Below are positions 1 through 9,445 of a DNA stretch of 64,000 bases, piece by piece; the stretch's first letter is position 1; the number at the start of each line of letters is the position of its first letter. The notes under the pieces are model-generated. The model ran no database searches and had not been told where the DNA came from. It saw only the letters and a list, made by a program, of their open reading frames with translations. The stretch is from Sedimentisphaerales bacterium (lineage in GTDB: Bacteria; Planctomycetota; Phycisphaerae; Sedimentisphaerales; SM23-30), in assembly GCA_963666285.1 (NCBI GenBank), contig OY762711.1; one strand, written 5' to 3'. The position numbers and the translations under genes are program-made.

Positions 1-248
1 TCGTCTTTAACATAAAAACGCTCAATAAAAACTGAATATCAAAACGGTAAGCATTCACAGGTGCGTTATTTGCGTCAGACTCTGTGTTTGCGGAGCTTTA
101 AAATAGGTCGCGATAAGCGATACCATAGCTTATTTCTTTTTACTTATATCTTATTATTGTAACCGTGTGAACGGTTACTTAAAACGATTTGTCACGGGCC
201 TTTCCGTTCAGAATGAACGGTTATTAGACATTACAATTTCAATTCGTC

Positions 249-371
249 TCCGAGCGAAGCGAGGCCTAGTCCAGACTATGTCTGGTCCGAGCAAAGCGAG
301 GTCTGTTCCAAACTTTGCTTGGTCTCCGAAGCAGCTCGCCTGCGCTGAGGTCTAGTCCAGACCGTGTCTGG
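249..371. repeat. Three tandem hairpin-containing repeat units (37, 37 and 47 bp), REP-like
   Basis: U1 249-285 TCCGAGCGAAGCGAGGCCTAGTCCAGACTATGTCTGG; U2 286-322 TCCGAGCAAAGCGAGGTCTGTTCCAAACTTTGCTTGG; U3 325-371 TCCGAAGCAGCTCGCCTGCGCTGAGGTCTAGTCCAGACCGTGTCTGG; each ends in a CCAGAC-nnn-GTCTGG type palindrome (imperfect in U2). Confidence 0.8.
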
Positions 372-424
372 TCAGGTTATTTCTTGATTTTGGACGGTAA
401 CTATCGATATAATGATACCTTATC

Positions 425-3400
425 ATGAAATTATTATATCTAATATTATTATTGTTTGCGTTATCCTGTATCACAGGCTGTCAGGATATTTTTCAAGGCA
501 CAACTTCTGACATTACCATCAGCTCACTTCGCTGCGAATATCGAACTAACCCTTCAGGCATCAACAGTCAAAATCCTCACTTGAGCTGGATACTGAATTC
601 AGACCGGCATGGCAAAAGTCAAACAGCTTACCAGGTCTGCGTCGCTTCCAATCTTCATAAGCTCCAGATCAATGAGCCGGATATATGGAACTCAGGTATC
701 GTAAAAAGTGACAATACAATTTCTGTCTCGTATACAGGCACAAAACTAATCTCTGACACCGAATATTTCTGGAAGGTTCGTATATGGGACAATGATGGTA
801 ACGTTTCTCAATGGAGCGAACCTGCAAAATGGTCGATGGGCCTTTTGGACAATAGCGACTGGCATGCCAAATGGATTGGTTTCGATGTTAAAGAAGAAGT
901 TATTCCTGCACCGACAATAATAAAAAATGCAAATTGGATATGGTCTGAGCCACAGTCAAATACAGGTACACAACCTGCTATTTTATATTTCAGAAAGAAA
1001 TTTGATCTTCCACGAGGCTGGATAATCAAAAAGGCGGTAATATTCTACAATGCGGACGATTCTGTTTCTCTCTTTGTCAACGGTACCAAGCTGCGTTCAT
1101 TCACTAAGCGAAAAGTAATACATGAAGTTTCCTTATCCGACCTGATCAAACCAGGCCCCAATATCCTGGCATTTCAGGCTCAAAACGAAGGCGAAAAGAA
1201 ATCTCCTGCCGGGTTTATCGCTACGGTACGAATTGAATCTGAAAGCGGCGAAATTATCGAGTTTGCAACTGACGACCAATGGATTTTCTCTACCCAACAG
1301 CAGGGCGGTTGGAAGTCAATTGATTTTAACGACGGTAACTGGTCTCATGCCTGTAATATTGGCCCAATTGGAACCTCTCCCTGGCAGACTAACACACCGA
1401 TAGAGAAACTTCTTCCGCCGGCACGTTATTTTCGCAAGGAGTTCGACCTTGCCGATAAGCCAGTTAAACGGGCAACTGTTTATTCTACTTCTCTAGGCAT
1501 ATATCAGCTTTATCTTAACGGCATACATATCAACCGCGATTACTTATCGCCCGGCTGGACCGATTATCGTAAGCGTGTTATCTATCGCAGTTATGATGTG
1601 ACTGATATGCTTGACAAGCCTCTTAATGCTATTGGTGCTGTTCTTGCTGACGGCTGGTATGCCGGTTATGTCGGCGGCAGTCATCGTCGCAATCATTACG
1701 GTCACAAAACTCGTATCCTTGTTCAGCTCAATATTGAATATTCTGACGGTTCAACACAGGTTATAGCGACCGGCCCTGATTGGAAAGCATCATTGGGGCC
1801 GACTATATCGGCTGATCTGCTGCAGGGTGAAACTTATGATGCTCGCTGTGAATTCCCCGGCTGGAATAACTCAGATTTCGATGATTCCTTATGGAGCTCT
1901 GTAACAGTAAATGATACCGAAGTCGATCCAGAACTGTGTGCCGCGGTTACTGAGCCGGTAAAAGCTGTTGATACCATCAGGCCGGTTTCCGTTACCGAAC
2001 CAATTCCCGGCAGATATGTCTTCGATTTGGGTCAGAATTTCGCTGGTGTCGTCAGGCTGAATGTCAAAGGAGAAAGCGGGCACGAAATTATAATTCGTCA
2101 CGGTGAGCGACTAAATCCTAACGGCACTGTATATACTGCTAATCTGCGTACTGCCGCTGCAACAGATGTGTATATCTGTAATGGCAGCGAAGATAACACC
2201 TTTTGGCAGCCTCAGTTTACGTATCACGGCTTTCAGTATGTCGAGGTCAGAGGTTTAATAGATAAGCCGAATCTTAATTCTCTTGTCGGCGTAGTATTCA
2301 GCAGTGATACGCCGCGTGCCGGTTATTTCCGGTGCAGTAATGAAATGGTAAATCAGCTCTATTCGAATATATTCTGGACCCAGCGAATGAATTTTGTTGA
2401 TATTCCTACCGATTGTCCACAGCGTGACGAAAGATATGGTTGGACCGGTGACGCTCAAGTGTATATAAATACAGCGTGTTATAATAACGATGTCCATTCT
2501 TTCTTTTATAAATGGCTTACTGACCTGGCTGATGCCCAGCGAGATGACGGCCAATACCCAAGATATGCACCGCTAAAGATAAAACCAACAGACGGCGGCC
2601 CGGCATGGACTGATGCCGGGGTGATTTGCCCTTGGACAATATATGCAATGTATGGTGATAAGCGAATACTGGCGGTGCATTATGATGAGATGAAGCGATA
2701 TGTTGAGTTTAATCTGAACCGCTGCTCTGACAACCTCTTACCGCCGGAGAAATTTCACTGTTTCGGCGATTGGCTGAATATAAATGATGAAACGCCGCAT
2801 CATATAATATTTATGGCATATTTCGCTCATAGCGTAAATCTGATGTCGCAAATTGCTGATACCCTTGGCAATGCTCAGGATGCTGCCAGGTATAATGAGC
2901 TTTTCGAAAAGCTAAAGCAGTCTTTTTCCAATACTTATATTCAGCCTGACGGTAGAATCGAAGGCGATACTCAGGCTGGCTATGTCTTGGCAATTGCTTA
3001 TGATCTTCTTGACAGCCGCCGGCAAAAACTGGCTGGTGAGCATTTGATACGCAGGATTGAAGAGTGTGACAATCACCTTTCAACTGGTTTTATCGGTACA
3101 AAAGACCTGATGCTGGCACTGGCAAAGATTAACCGAAACGATATCGCGTATAAGCTGCTGCTAAATGATACTTTCCCTTCCTGGGGCTTTACCATCAAAA
3201 ATGGTGCTACCTCTATCTGGGAACGATGGAACGGCTGGACACCGGAAAATGGTTTTGCTGACCCGGATATGAATTCTTTTGCCCATTATTCTTTCGGTGC
3301 TGTTGGCCAATGGATATTTGAAAACATCGGCGGCATTAAATCTAACGCACCCGGTTTCAAACATATAGTAATACATCCTCAACCGGGCGGGGATATTACC

Positions 3401-3670
3401 TGGGCTGATACTTCATACCACTCAATTCGGGGAGAGATTGAGTCTAATTGGTCAATTCTCAATGACATCTTTTCATTGGAAGTAACTATTCCGGTCAATA
3501 CAAGTGCCCTTGTATATATTCCGGGTAACAATCCATCAAAAGTTGTAGAGTCCGGGGTACCGGCTTCTGACTCTGATGGTGTCACATATGTCGCTCAGCA
3601 GGATGGTTATACTGTTTATAAGCTCGCATCGGGGCATTACTCTTTTGCAGCACCATGGCAGGCAAAATAA
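425..3670 (+). CDS. GH78 alpha-L-rhamnosidase, probable lipoprotein, with an inserted CBM67-like domain
   Basis: Lipobox-like ITGC; FDLGQNFAG, FTYHGFQYVE, IPTDCPQRDERYGWTGD, GATSIWERWN, MNSFAHY motifs; extra beta-sandwich (WIW..FRKKF..ADD..VNG..PAG) at about aa 165-320. Confidence 0.92.
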   Translation: MKLLYLILLLFALSCITGCQDIFQGTTSDITISSLRCEYRTNPSGINSQNPHLSWILNSDRHGKSQTAYQVCVASNLHKLQINEPDIWNSGIVKSDNTISVSYTGTKLISDTEYFWKVRIWDNDGNVSQWSEPAKWSMGLLDNSDWHAKWIGFDVKEEVIPAPTIIKNANWIWSEPQSNTGTQPAILYFRKKFDLPRGWIIKKAVIFYNADDSVSLFVNGTKLRSFTKRKVIHEVSLSDLIKPGPNILAFQAQNEGEKKSPAGFIATVRIESESGEIIEFATDDQWIFSTQQQGGWKSIDFNDGNWSHACNIGPIGTSPWQTNTPIEKLLPPARYFRKEFDLADKPVKRATVYSTSLGIYQLYLNGIHINRDYLSPGWTDYRKRVIYRSYDVTDMLDKPLNAIGAVLADGWYAGYVGGSHRRNHYGHKTRILVQLNIEYSDGSTQVIATGPDWKASLGPTISADLLQGETYDARCEFPGWNNSDFDDSLWSSVTVNDTEVDPELCAAVTEPVKAVDTIRPVSVTEPIPGRYVFDLGQNFAGVVRLNVKGESGHEIIIRHGERLNPNGTVYTANLRTAAATDVYICNGSEDNTFWQPQFTYHGFQYVEVRGLIDKPNLNSLVGVVFSSDTPRAGYFRCSNEMVNQLYSNIFWTQRMNFVDIPTDCPQRDERYGWTGDAQVYINTACYNNDVHSFFYKWLTDLADAQRDDGQYPRYAPLKIKPTDGGPAWTDAGVICPWTIYAMYGDKRILAVHYDEMKRYVEFNLNRCSDNLLPPEKFHCFGDWLNINDETPHHIIFMAYFAHSVNLMSQIADTLGNAQDAARYNELFEKLKQSFSNTYIQPDGRIEGDTQAGYVLAIAYDLLDSRRQKLAGEHLIRRIEECDNHLSTGFIGTKDLMLALAKINRNDIAYKLLLNDTFPSWGFTIKNGATSIWERWNGWTPENGFADPDMNSFAHYSFGAVGQWIFENIGGIKSNAPGFKHIVIHPQPGGDITWADTSYHSIRGEIESNWSILNDIFSLEVTIPVNTSALVYIPGNNPSKVVESGVPASDSDGVTYVAQQDGYTVYKLASGHYSFAAPWQAK

Positions 3671-3709
3671 TAATTCAATTGAAATGCCAGGCTGAATGTT
3701 TAGGTAGTC

Positions 3710-6478
3710 TTAAATCTCAAAACTGAAATCGTACTTTCCTGATTGAATTTCATATGCAGCACATGCTTTGGAATGACCAACATATTTAATATATTGGCTG
3801 GTTTCTATTTTATTTCCGGATTCTGTGATCGAGTTAGTATCTGAAGTCGGTATGTAGACTATAGCAGTCGTATTAGCTGGGATTTCGACCTGAAGATTGC
3901 AGGTATTACCGTCTATATGCCATTCGCTTTTAATATTTCCGCGGATAGATTTATAGTTTGCTTTGACATATTGCAGTTTTTTAGTGATTACCGGTCGGAT
4001 AATAATATGTTTAAATGCTTTTTCTGAAGTATTTTGCTCCTGGGTTATACCGGCCAGGTTCTTATAGAACCATGCACTTATATCGCCAAACATAATATGA
4101 TTTCGTGATTCTGTGCCAGACCATTGTTCCCAGAGGGTGGTAGCACCTTCTTTGATCCAGTAGCCGTAACTTGGCCGAGTTGTCTGCATCAGCATTTGGT
4201 ATGCAGTGTCAAATGCACCATTTTCAGCCAGGACGTTATATATGGCTTTAGCTCCCAGAATACCGGTGTCGATGTGATAATTTTGGGATTTTATATTATC
4301 AACCAGTTTATCAAGTACTTTATCGCGTTCTTGTTTAGGCGTAAGATCATAATACAGCGGGAAACATAGGGCTGTCTGGCTGCCTTTGTCGTATATGCCG
4401 TCACCTTTATAGAATGTTTTATTGAATGCCTGCCTGATATTGTTAGCCAACTGGGAATATTTAGCGGCGTCATTATCTTTGCCGAGTATCTTAGCAGCTT
4501 GGGCTGTTATCATAGTATCAATGTAATAATATACAGTAGAAGTAACAGCAGCCTGGGTAGTGGTCTTGGCCGGTGCCCAGTCATTTAAGCCGATAGAGAC
4601 AATATTGTCTTTGGCTTTTGATGAAAGGTAATCTACATACAGTTTGAATCTATCGTAATGTGTTTCAAGTATTGCTGTATCACCATAATATTCGTACATA
4701 TACCATGGTATCAGGAGAAAAGCACTGTCCCATGCGGGCCCATTACCCCAGCTGTATCCCCAGCCGCCTGTCGGCACAATTCCTGGCAATTCACCGGTTT
4801 CTTTTTGTTCATCATGTAAATCCATCAGCCATTTGGTATAACCTGCACCGTTCGCCCAGTTGTACATTGCCTGTTCGGCAGCTAAATGAGCGTCACCGGT
4901 CCAGCCGTTCTTCTCGCGATGAGGACAATCGGTTGGGATACCATGGAAATTGCCTCTGTAAGACCAAAGAGTGCAATCCTGAATCTTGTTTATGAGTTCG
5001 TTTGAACATTCAAATTGAGCTGTATTTTTGAATGTTGTGTGTACTACCCGGCCGGATATTGTCTCAAGAGTTGGTTTGCCCGGACATCCTGTGAGTTCAA
5101 CATACTGGAAGCCGTAATATGCAAATCTTGGTTCCCATGTCTCTGTTCCTTCGCCTTTGAGAATATAAGTGTCAGTATGGAAAGTGTCTTCGTAGGTATG
5201 TCTTTTTATTTCGTCCTGGTCGATTGTACCGTCTTTTTTCAGGCGTTCGGCGTAGCGAATCTGAACTTTTGTACCTTTTGGCCCGGAAACTTTCAGCCTG
5301 GACCAGCCTGCGATATTCTGGCCCAAATCGTAAACAAATACCCCTGGTGTGGGTTCGGTTATTGATACCGGAGTTATTGTTTCTGTAACTTTAATCGGGG
5401 TAATCATTTGAGCTCGTAATTTACCTTTTGGAGCCGGTACTATATCAGGTTTAGCCCAGTTCTGGTCGTTGAAATCAGGGGTTGACCACCCCGGCATCTC
5501 TTTTCCCGCATCATAACATTCGCCCTGGCGTATTCCATCCTGGATAACCGGTCCGGTATTGGCTTTCCAGCTGGAATCACTGACAATCATCTCAGAAGAA
5601 CCGTCAGTATATTCAATTCTGAGCTGTGATAGCATTTCTGGTTTATTTCGCCATGGAGCTTCGTTGAAATCCCATGCGGCATCAGTAAAGACATTATACC
5701 AGCCATTGCCAAGCATTACGCCGATTGCGTTAGAACCTTTATTGAGCATTGATGTTACATCAAAACTGACATACAGGCAGGCTCGATCGTAGCGGGTAAA
5801 GGCCGGGTCCAGAACATGGTCGCCAACTTTTTTCCCGTTTATATAAGCCTCAAACAGGCCAAGCCCGCAAATGTGCAGGCTGGCATAAGAAATTTCCTTT
5901 TTAGCCGAAAAAGTCTTTCTAAATACCGGAGATGGAGCTTCCTGTTTCCATTTTTTTGCTTCTTTACTGACATTTTCAGTTTTCCTGGTATAGCCAAGCC
6001 ATTTACCGGCCCATTCATTTTCTGAAAGAATACCCATTGACCAGGAAGAAGGCTTTGTCCAGGATGAAGGAACACCATTTTTATCCCAAACTTTCACTTT
6101 CCAGAAGCATCTCTGGTATGATTTAAGTGGTTTGCCTTGATATTTGATATGTAAGGTATTATCTGACATTATTTTGCCGGTGTCCCAAAGGTCGCCGGTA
6201 TCAGAATCTAGTATTTTTTGCGAAGATGCAACGATGATCTGGTAAGCGGTCTGGAACTGGCCTCTTTTGCCGGATTCAACATGCCAGCTAAGCCTGGGGT
6301 TGACAGTGTCAATACCGATTGGATTGCTAAGATATTCTACTTTAAGGTCTGCGGCAGTTAAATTATTGCTGGTTGCGGTGTTATTTTGAGCTAAAGTATC
6401 GCTGCAAAATGAAATAAGAGATAGTGCAATAGTTAGATAAAGTGATAGTGTAAAAAAAACTGCATTTTCTTTAATCAT
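3710..6478 (-). CDS. GH78 alpha-L-rhamnosidase, secreted
   Basis: YDLGQNIAGW, FAYYGFQYVE, IPTDCPHREKNGWTGD, GATTLWEQW, SRNHIMFG; ATG at 6478 follows an AAGGA RBS (track start TTG 6484). Confidence 0.92.
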   Translation of the reverse strand: MIKENAVFFTLSLYLTIALSLISFCSDTLAQNNTATSNNLTAADLKVEYLSNPIGIDTVNPRLSWHVESGKRGQFQTAYQIIVASSQKILDSDTGDLWDTGKIMSDNTLHIKYQGKPLKSYQRCFWKVKVWDKNGVPSSWTKPSSWSMGILSENEWAGKWLGYTRKTENVSKEAKKWKQEAPSPVFRKTFSAKKEISYASLHICGLGLFEAYINGKKVGDHVLDPAFTRYDRACLYVSFDVTSMLNKGSNAIGVMLGNGWYNVFTDAAWDFNEAPWRNKPEMLSQLRIEYTDGSSEMIVSDSSWKANTGPVIQDGIRQGECYDAGKEMPGWSTPDFNDQNWAKPDIVPAPKGKLRAQMITPIKVTETITPVSITEPTPGVFVYDLGQNIAGWSRLKVSGPKGTKVQIRYAERLKKDGTIDQDEIKRHTYEDTFHTDTYILKGEGTETWEPRFAYYGFQYVELTGCPGKPTLETISGRVVHTTFKNTAQFECSNELINKIQDCTLWSYRGNFHGIPTDCPHREKNGWTGDAHLAAEQAMYNWANGAGYTKWLMDLHDEQKETGELPGIVPTGGWGYSWGNGPAWDSAFLLIPWYMYEYYGDTAILETHYDRFKLYVDYLSSKAKDNIVSIGLNDWAPAKTTTQAAVTSTVYYYIDTMITAQAAKILGKDNDAAKYSQLANNIRQAFNKTFYKGDGIYDKGSQTALCFPLYYDLTPKQERDKVLDKLVDNIKSQNYHIDTGILGAKAIYNVLAENGAFDTAYQMLMQTTRPSYGYWIKEGATTLWEQWSGTESRNHIMFGDISAWFYKNLAGITQEQNTSEKAFKHIIIRPVITKKLQYVKANYKSIRGNIKSEWHIDGNTCNLQVEIPANTTAIVYIPTSDTNSITESGNKIETSQYIKYVGHSKACAAYEIQSGKYDFSFEI

Positions 6479-6711
6479 GATCAATCCTTTTTCTTTGTTG
6501 CCGGTTTATTGCTATATGTAATTAATTAAACGAACGAGTATTATAGCATTAGAAAATTTACAATGTTGAAATTATAAGCAAAAACCATGAGTATTGCCAA
6601 ATTATTATGACATAAATAATTACATTCAAATTCAAATGATTAACGGGATTTATGATTGCTAGTAAAGCATAAGTTGACGCGTGCTTATACTCATGAGTGT
6701 ATTTCTATTGG

Positions 6712-6932
6712 GTGGTTTTGTCTGGACCGGGCGAGCATGTTTCTGCAGCTAATGGTGATCCTACAGACATGACATCGTTTGGCTCATGCAGCCGAAAGCT
6801 TTTAACGGCTATTGTCTGGCAATAGTACGGAGTAAAGCTGGCAAACCCGGCATATTTACAGTCTCGATATCTTCAGGTTCAATCGAAAGCACTTCATTAG
6901 AAATAAAAACAGTTGCTGCTAAGGCAGAATGA
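6712..6932 (+). pseudogene. 3' remnant of a GH2 beta-galactosidase-type gene (C-terminal Ig-like domain) with a 1-nt frameshift
   Basis: VVLSGPGEHVSAANGDPTDMTSFGSCSR in one frame, then KAFNGYCLAIVRSKAGKPGIFTVSISSGSIESTSLEIKTVAAKAE* after a shift at about 6795; resembles the GH2 terminal 'GPG....DNGDPT......RKAFNG..LAIVR' pattern; stop in frame at 6694 upstream. Confidence 0.75.
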
Positions 6933-7155
6933 ATAAATGTTGTAAAGTATTGATTTACACGCGGATATGTGTTAATAGTTTGCTATTTCAATTGTAGTAG
7001 CCTGTTATTTTTTTAAATATCAAAAAAAATGAAAATATTTGTCCAATTTTATTCAAAAAATACAATTACTAACATGATTTAGGTTTATTTTTCATATGAA
7101 CTTTTTCATTTTTTTAGTTTTTCAAAGTATTGGACGAAATTTAAATATCATTTAG

Positions 7156-7719
7156 ATGGATAATTTTAAAGAGATTAAGGATTCAAATACTTCCCAGAGT
7201 ATTAATTATGATTTTGTTCGCAAGCTGGTTCAAAGTCAAAACAGAATCTATGCCTTTATCCTGACGCTGGTACCAAACTGGGCGGAGGCAGAAGACATAC
7301 TTCAGGATACCGTTGAGATTCTCTGGAGTAAGTACAGTAAAAGCAAGGAGTTAGATAATTTTACTGCATTAGGTATTGGTATTGCCAGAAATCTGGTCTA
7401 TTCATATTATCGCGAAAAGAAAAAACAGGAATTTTTGTTAGAACAGGAAGCCCTGGATAATATTGCCAGTTATTCGGAGAGTATTTCTCAGGAATCAGAA
7501 GATCGGGTTCGTATACTGCGGAAATGTCTGAGGAAGTTGTCTGAAAAAGATATGGAACTGATCAGGCTGCGTTATGAAGAGGGGATGAAAATAAAAAATG
7601 TGGCCGAGATATCTAATAGATCGGTTGCAGCGTTATATAAAGCTCTTGGAAGAGTACACGATGCGATATTGAAATGTGTTAAGAGCGGATTAGTTCGGGA
7701 GAATTACTGTCATGACTGA
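7156..7719 (+). CDS. ECF sigma-70 factor (Planctomycetes/Verrucomicrobia type)
   Basis: Region 2 IYAFILTLVPNWAEAEDILQD; region 4 CLRKLSEKDMELIRLRY..YKALGRVH..L.KCV; overlaps next gene. Confidence 0.92.
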   Translation: MDNFKEIKDSNTSQSINYDFVRKLVQSQNRIYAFILTLVPNWAEAEDILQDTVEILWSKYSKSKELDNFTALGIGIARNLVYSYYREKKKQEFLLEQEALDNIASYSESISQESEDRVRILRKCLRKLSEKDMELIRLRYEEGMKIKNVAEISNRSVAALYKALGRVHDAILKCVKSGLVRENYCHD

Positions 7720-9349
7720 TAGTCAGGAATATGATATCAAAGGTCTAATCCTGGAGCTTTTGGACCAGACTATCAGCTCTGAAAGGAGACAGAAGCTCCG
7801 GGATATTTTAAACAGTGACCCTGAAGCGCAGAAATATTATGCGGAATATATAATGTTGTGTGCATCATTGAGGCAATATGGAGCAGCAACAGCTCTTACG
7901 CCTTTATGCGACAGTAAAGATAATTTTGATTACAGCTTGCTGGAAGACCTGGCAAATTCCGAGGAAAGTGCACCGGCAGCTCCGATAGAAAAGGCCGTCG
8001 AAGTAGAAGAGGTAAAAGCTAAACCGGTTAAAAAGAAAAGATCGAGAAAGATACTGCTGGCATATGTTTCCATTGCCGCATTAATTTTTATTGTTGTCAG
8101 TGTAAATAATCTGTTTAAGGCCAAACCGGTGGCAGTTATAAAAGATTCCATAAATGCAAAATGGTCTGATATGGACTTAACAGAAGGATGCACTTTATTT
8201 GATTCTGACGGCTTTCTAAAGCTGGAGTCGGGAGTGGTAAAACTTGAGTATAAGGATGCCACAGTAATCGTGGAAGGTCCGTGTGAGTTTGCCAGTAAGA
8301 GTAATAACCGAATCAAAATGCTAAGCGGCAGCGTTTATGTAAAGATGGTTGAAGGCCGGAACGGTTATGTGGTTGAGACCCCGGTATCTACGATTGTTGA
8401 CCTGGGTACTGAGTTTGGAGTCCAGATTCATAATGGTAATAGTACCGAGGTTCATGTTTTGAAAGGCAAGGCATCGGTGTCAGCTTCATGTAAACCAGAT
8501 AAAAGCCAGACCTTTGAGGCAGGTTCTGCCGGTCTGGTCAGCAGCAATGGAGCAGAAATTACAGGTATAAACCTTGATAAGTTTAAGTTTGTCAGAGAAA
8601 TTGATTCAAATACTAATACTATATCAAGAGGCAGGACGCATATTGATCTGGCATCAATAACTACCGGGTGTGACGGTCGGATGGCAGCTCTGGATAATTA
8701 CTGGCTGGACCCTGAGCTTGGTCTTACTGAAAATGCGTTAAAATCACAAGTGCATGATAATAAGTATATGCCACTTGAATTTAATCAATATGTTGACGGT
8801 ATTTTTGTACCAAAGGGTCCGGGTAACCAGATAAGTTCTACAGGTATGATTTTTGAGGATTGTCCGAAAACCTGTGCTGATTATTATGCTAATATTGGAG
8901 TTAATCCCAAGCCTGAATTACTGGAAGTTCCCGATAAAAGAACCGGTAACATTATTTTTAATGGTAGAGACTATGGTAATGCATTGAATCCATGTATTGT
9001 GATGCATGCGAATATTGGAATAACATATGATTTGAGAGCCATAGCCAAAGAATATCCGTATCGCAGGATATCCAGGTTTTATTCAAAGGTCGGTATAGCT
9101 GACCTGGATGAGCCTTATCCGTGTAATGCTGATATATGGGTACTTATCGATGGTCAGGTGAGAAGTAAAATTGCAGCAGTCAAAGAGAAGGGTAAGCTGC
9201 TTGATATTGAAGTTGAGATAAATGAGAATGATAAGTTTCTGACACTGGTTGTAACAGATGGTGGCGACATAGATATCATGGAAGCATACAAGCGGGCTAT
9301 TACATGTGACTGGTGTGTCTTTACCAGCCCTGTTTTAGAGCTGTATTAA
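7712..9349 (+). CDS. FecR-domain anti-sigma factor with C-terminal NPCBM-like carbohydrate-binding domain
   Basis: Single TM (LLAYVSIAALIFIVVSV); FecR motif VETP..IVDLGTEFGV..EVHVLKG; C-terminal VGIAD..VLIDG..LTLVVTDGGD..D.CVF..P.L. Confidence 0.85.
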   Translation: MTDSQEYDIKGLILELLDQTISSERRQKLRDILNSDPEAQKYYAEYIMLCASLRQYGAATALTPLCDSKDNFDYSLLEDLANSEESAPAAPIEKAVEVEEVKAKPVKKKRSRKILLAYVSIAALIFIVVSVNNLFKAKPVAVIKDSINAKWSDMDLTEGCTLFDSDGFLKLESGVVKLEYKDATVIVEGPCEFASKSNNRIKMLSGSVYVKMVEGRNGYVVETPVSTIVDLGTEFGVQIHNGNSTEVHVLKGKASVSASCKPDKSQTFEAGSAGLVSSNGAEITGINLDKFKFVREIDSNTNTISRGRTHIDLASITTGCDGRMAALDNYWLDPELGLTENALKSQVHDNKYMPLEFNQYVDGIFVPKGPGNQISSTGMIFEDCPKTCADYYANIGVNPKPELLEVPDKRTGNIIFNGRDYGNALNPCIVMHANIGITYDLRAIAKEYPYRRISRFYSKVGIADLDEPYPCNADIWVLIDGQVRSKIAAVKEKGKLLDIEVEINENDKFLTLVVTDGGDIDIMEAYKRAITCDWCVFTSPVLELY

Positions 9350-9445
9350 ATTTTTATTTGTTTGCTGAAATGAAGTTAGAATGTTTATATGGTATAGTTA
9401 GTTTTTAACTGTTCACTTATTTTTAACCAAAATTGGAGGTTCAAA

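Noticed and set aside
167..355. 62-aa ORF
   Set aside because: It runs across the hairpin repeats, has no RBS and no recognisable protein features
249..371. Possible CRISPR array (37-bp repeats)
   Set aside because: Units are directly adjacent with no unique spacers, they diverge from each other, and no cas genes are present
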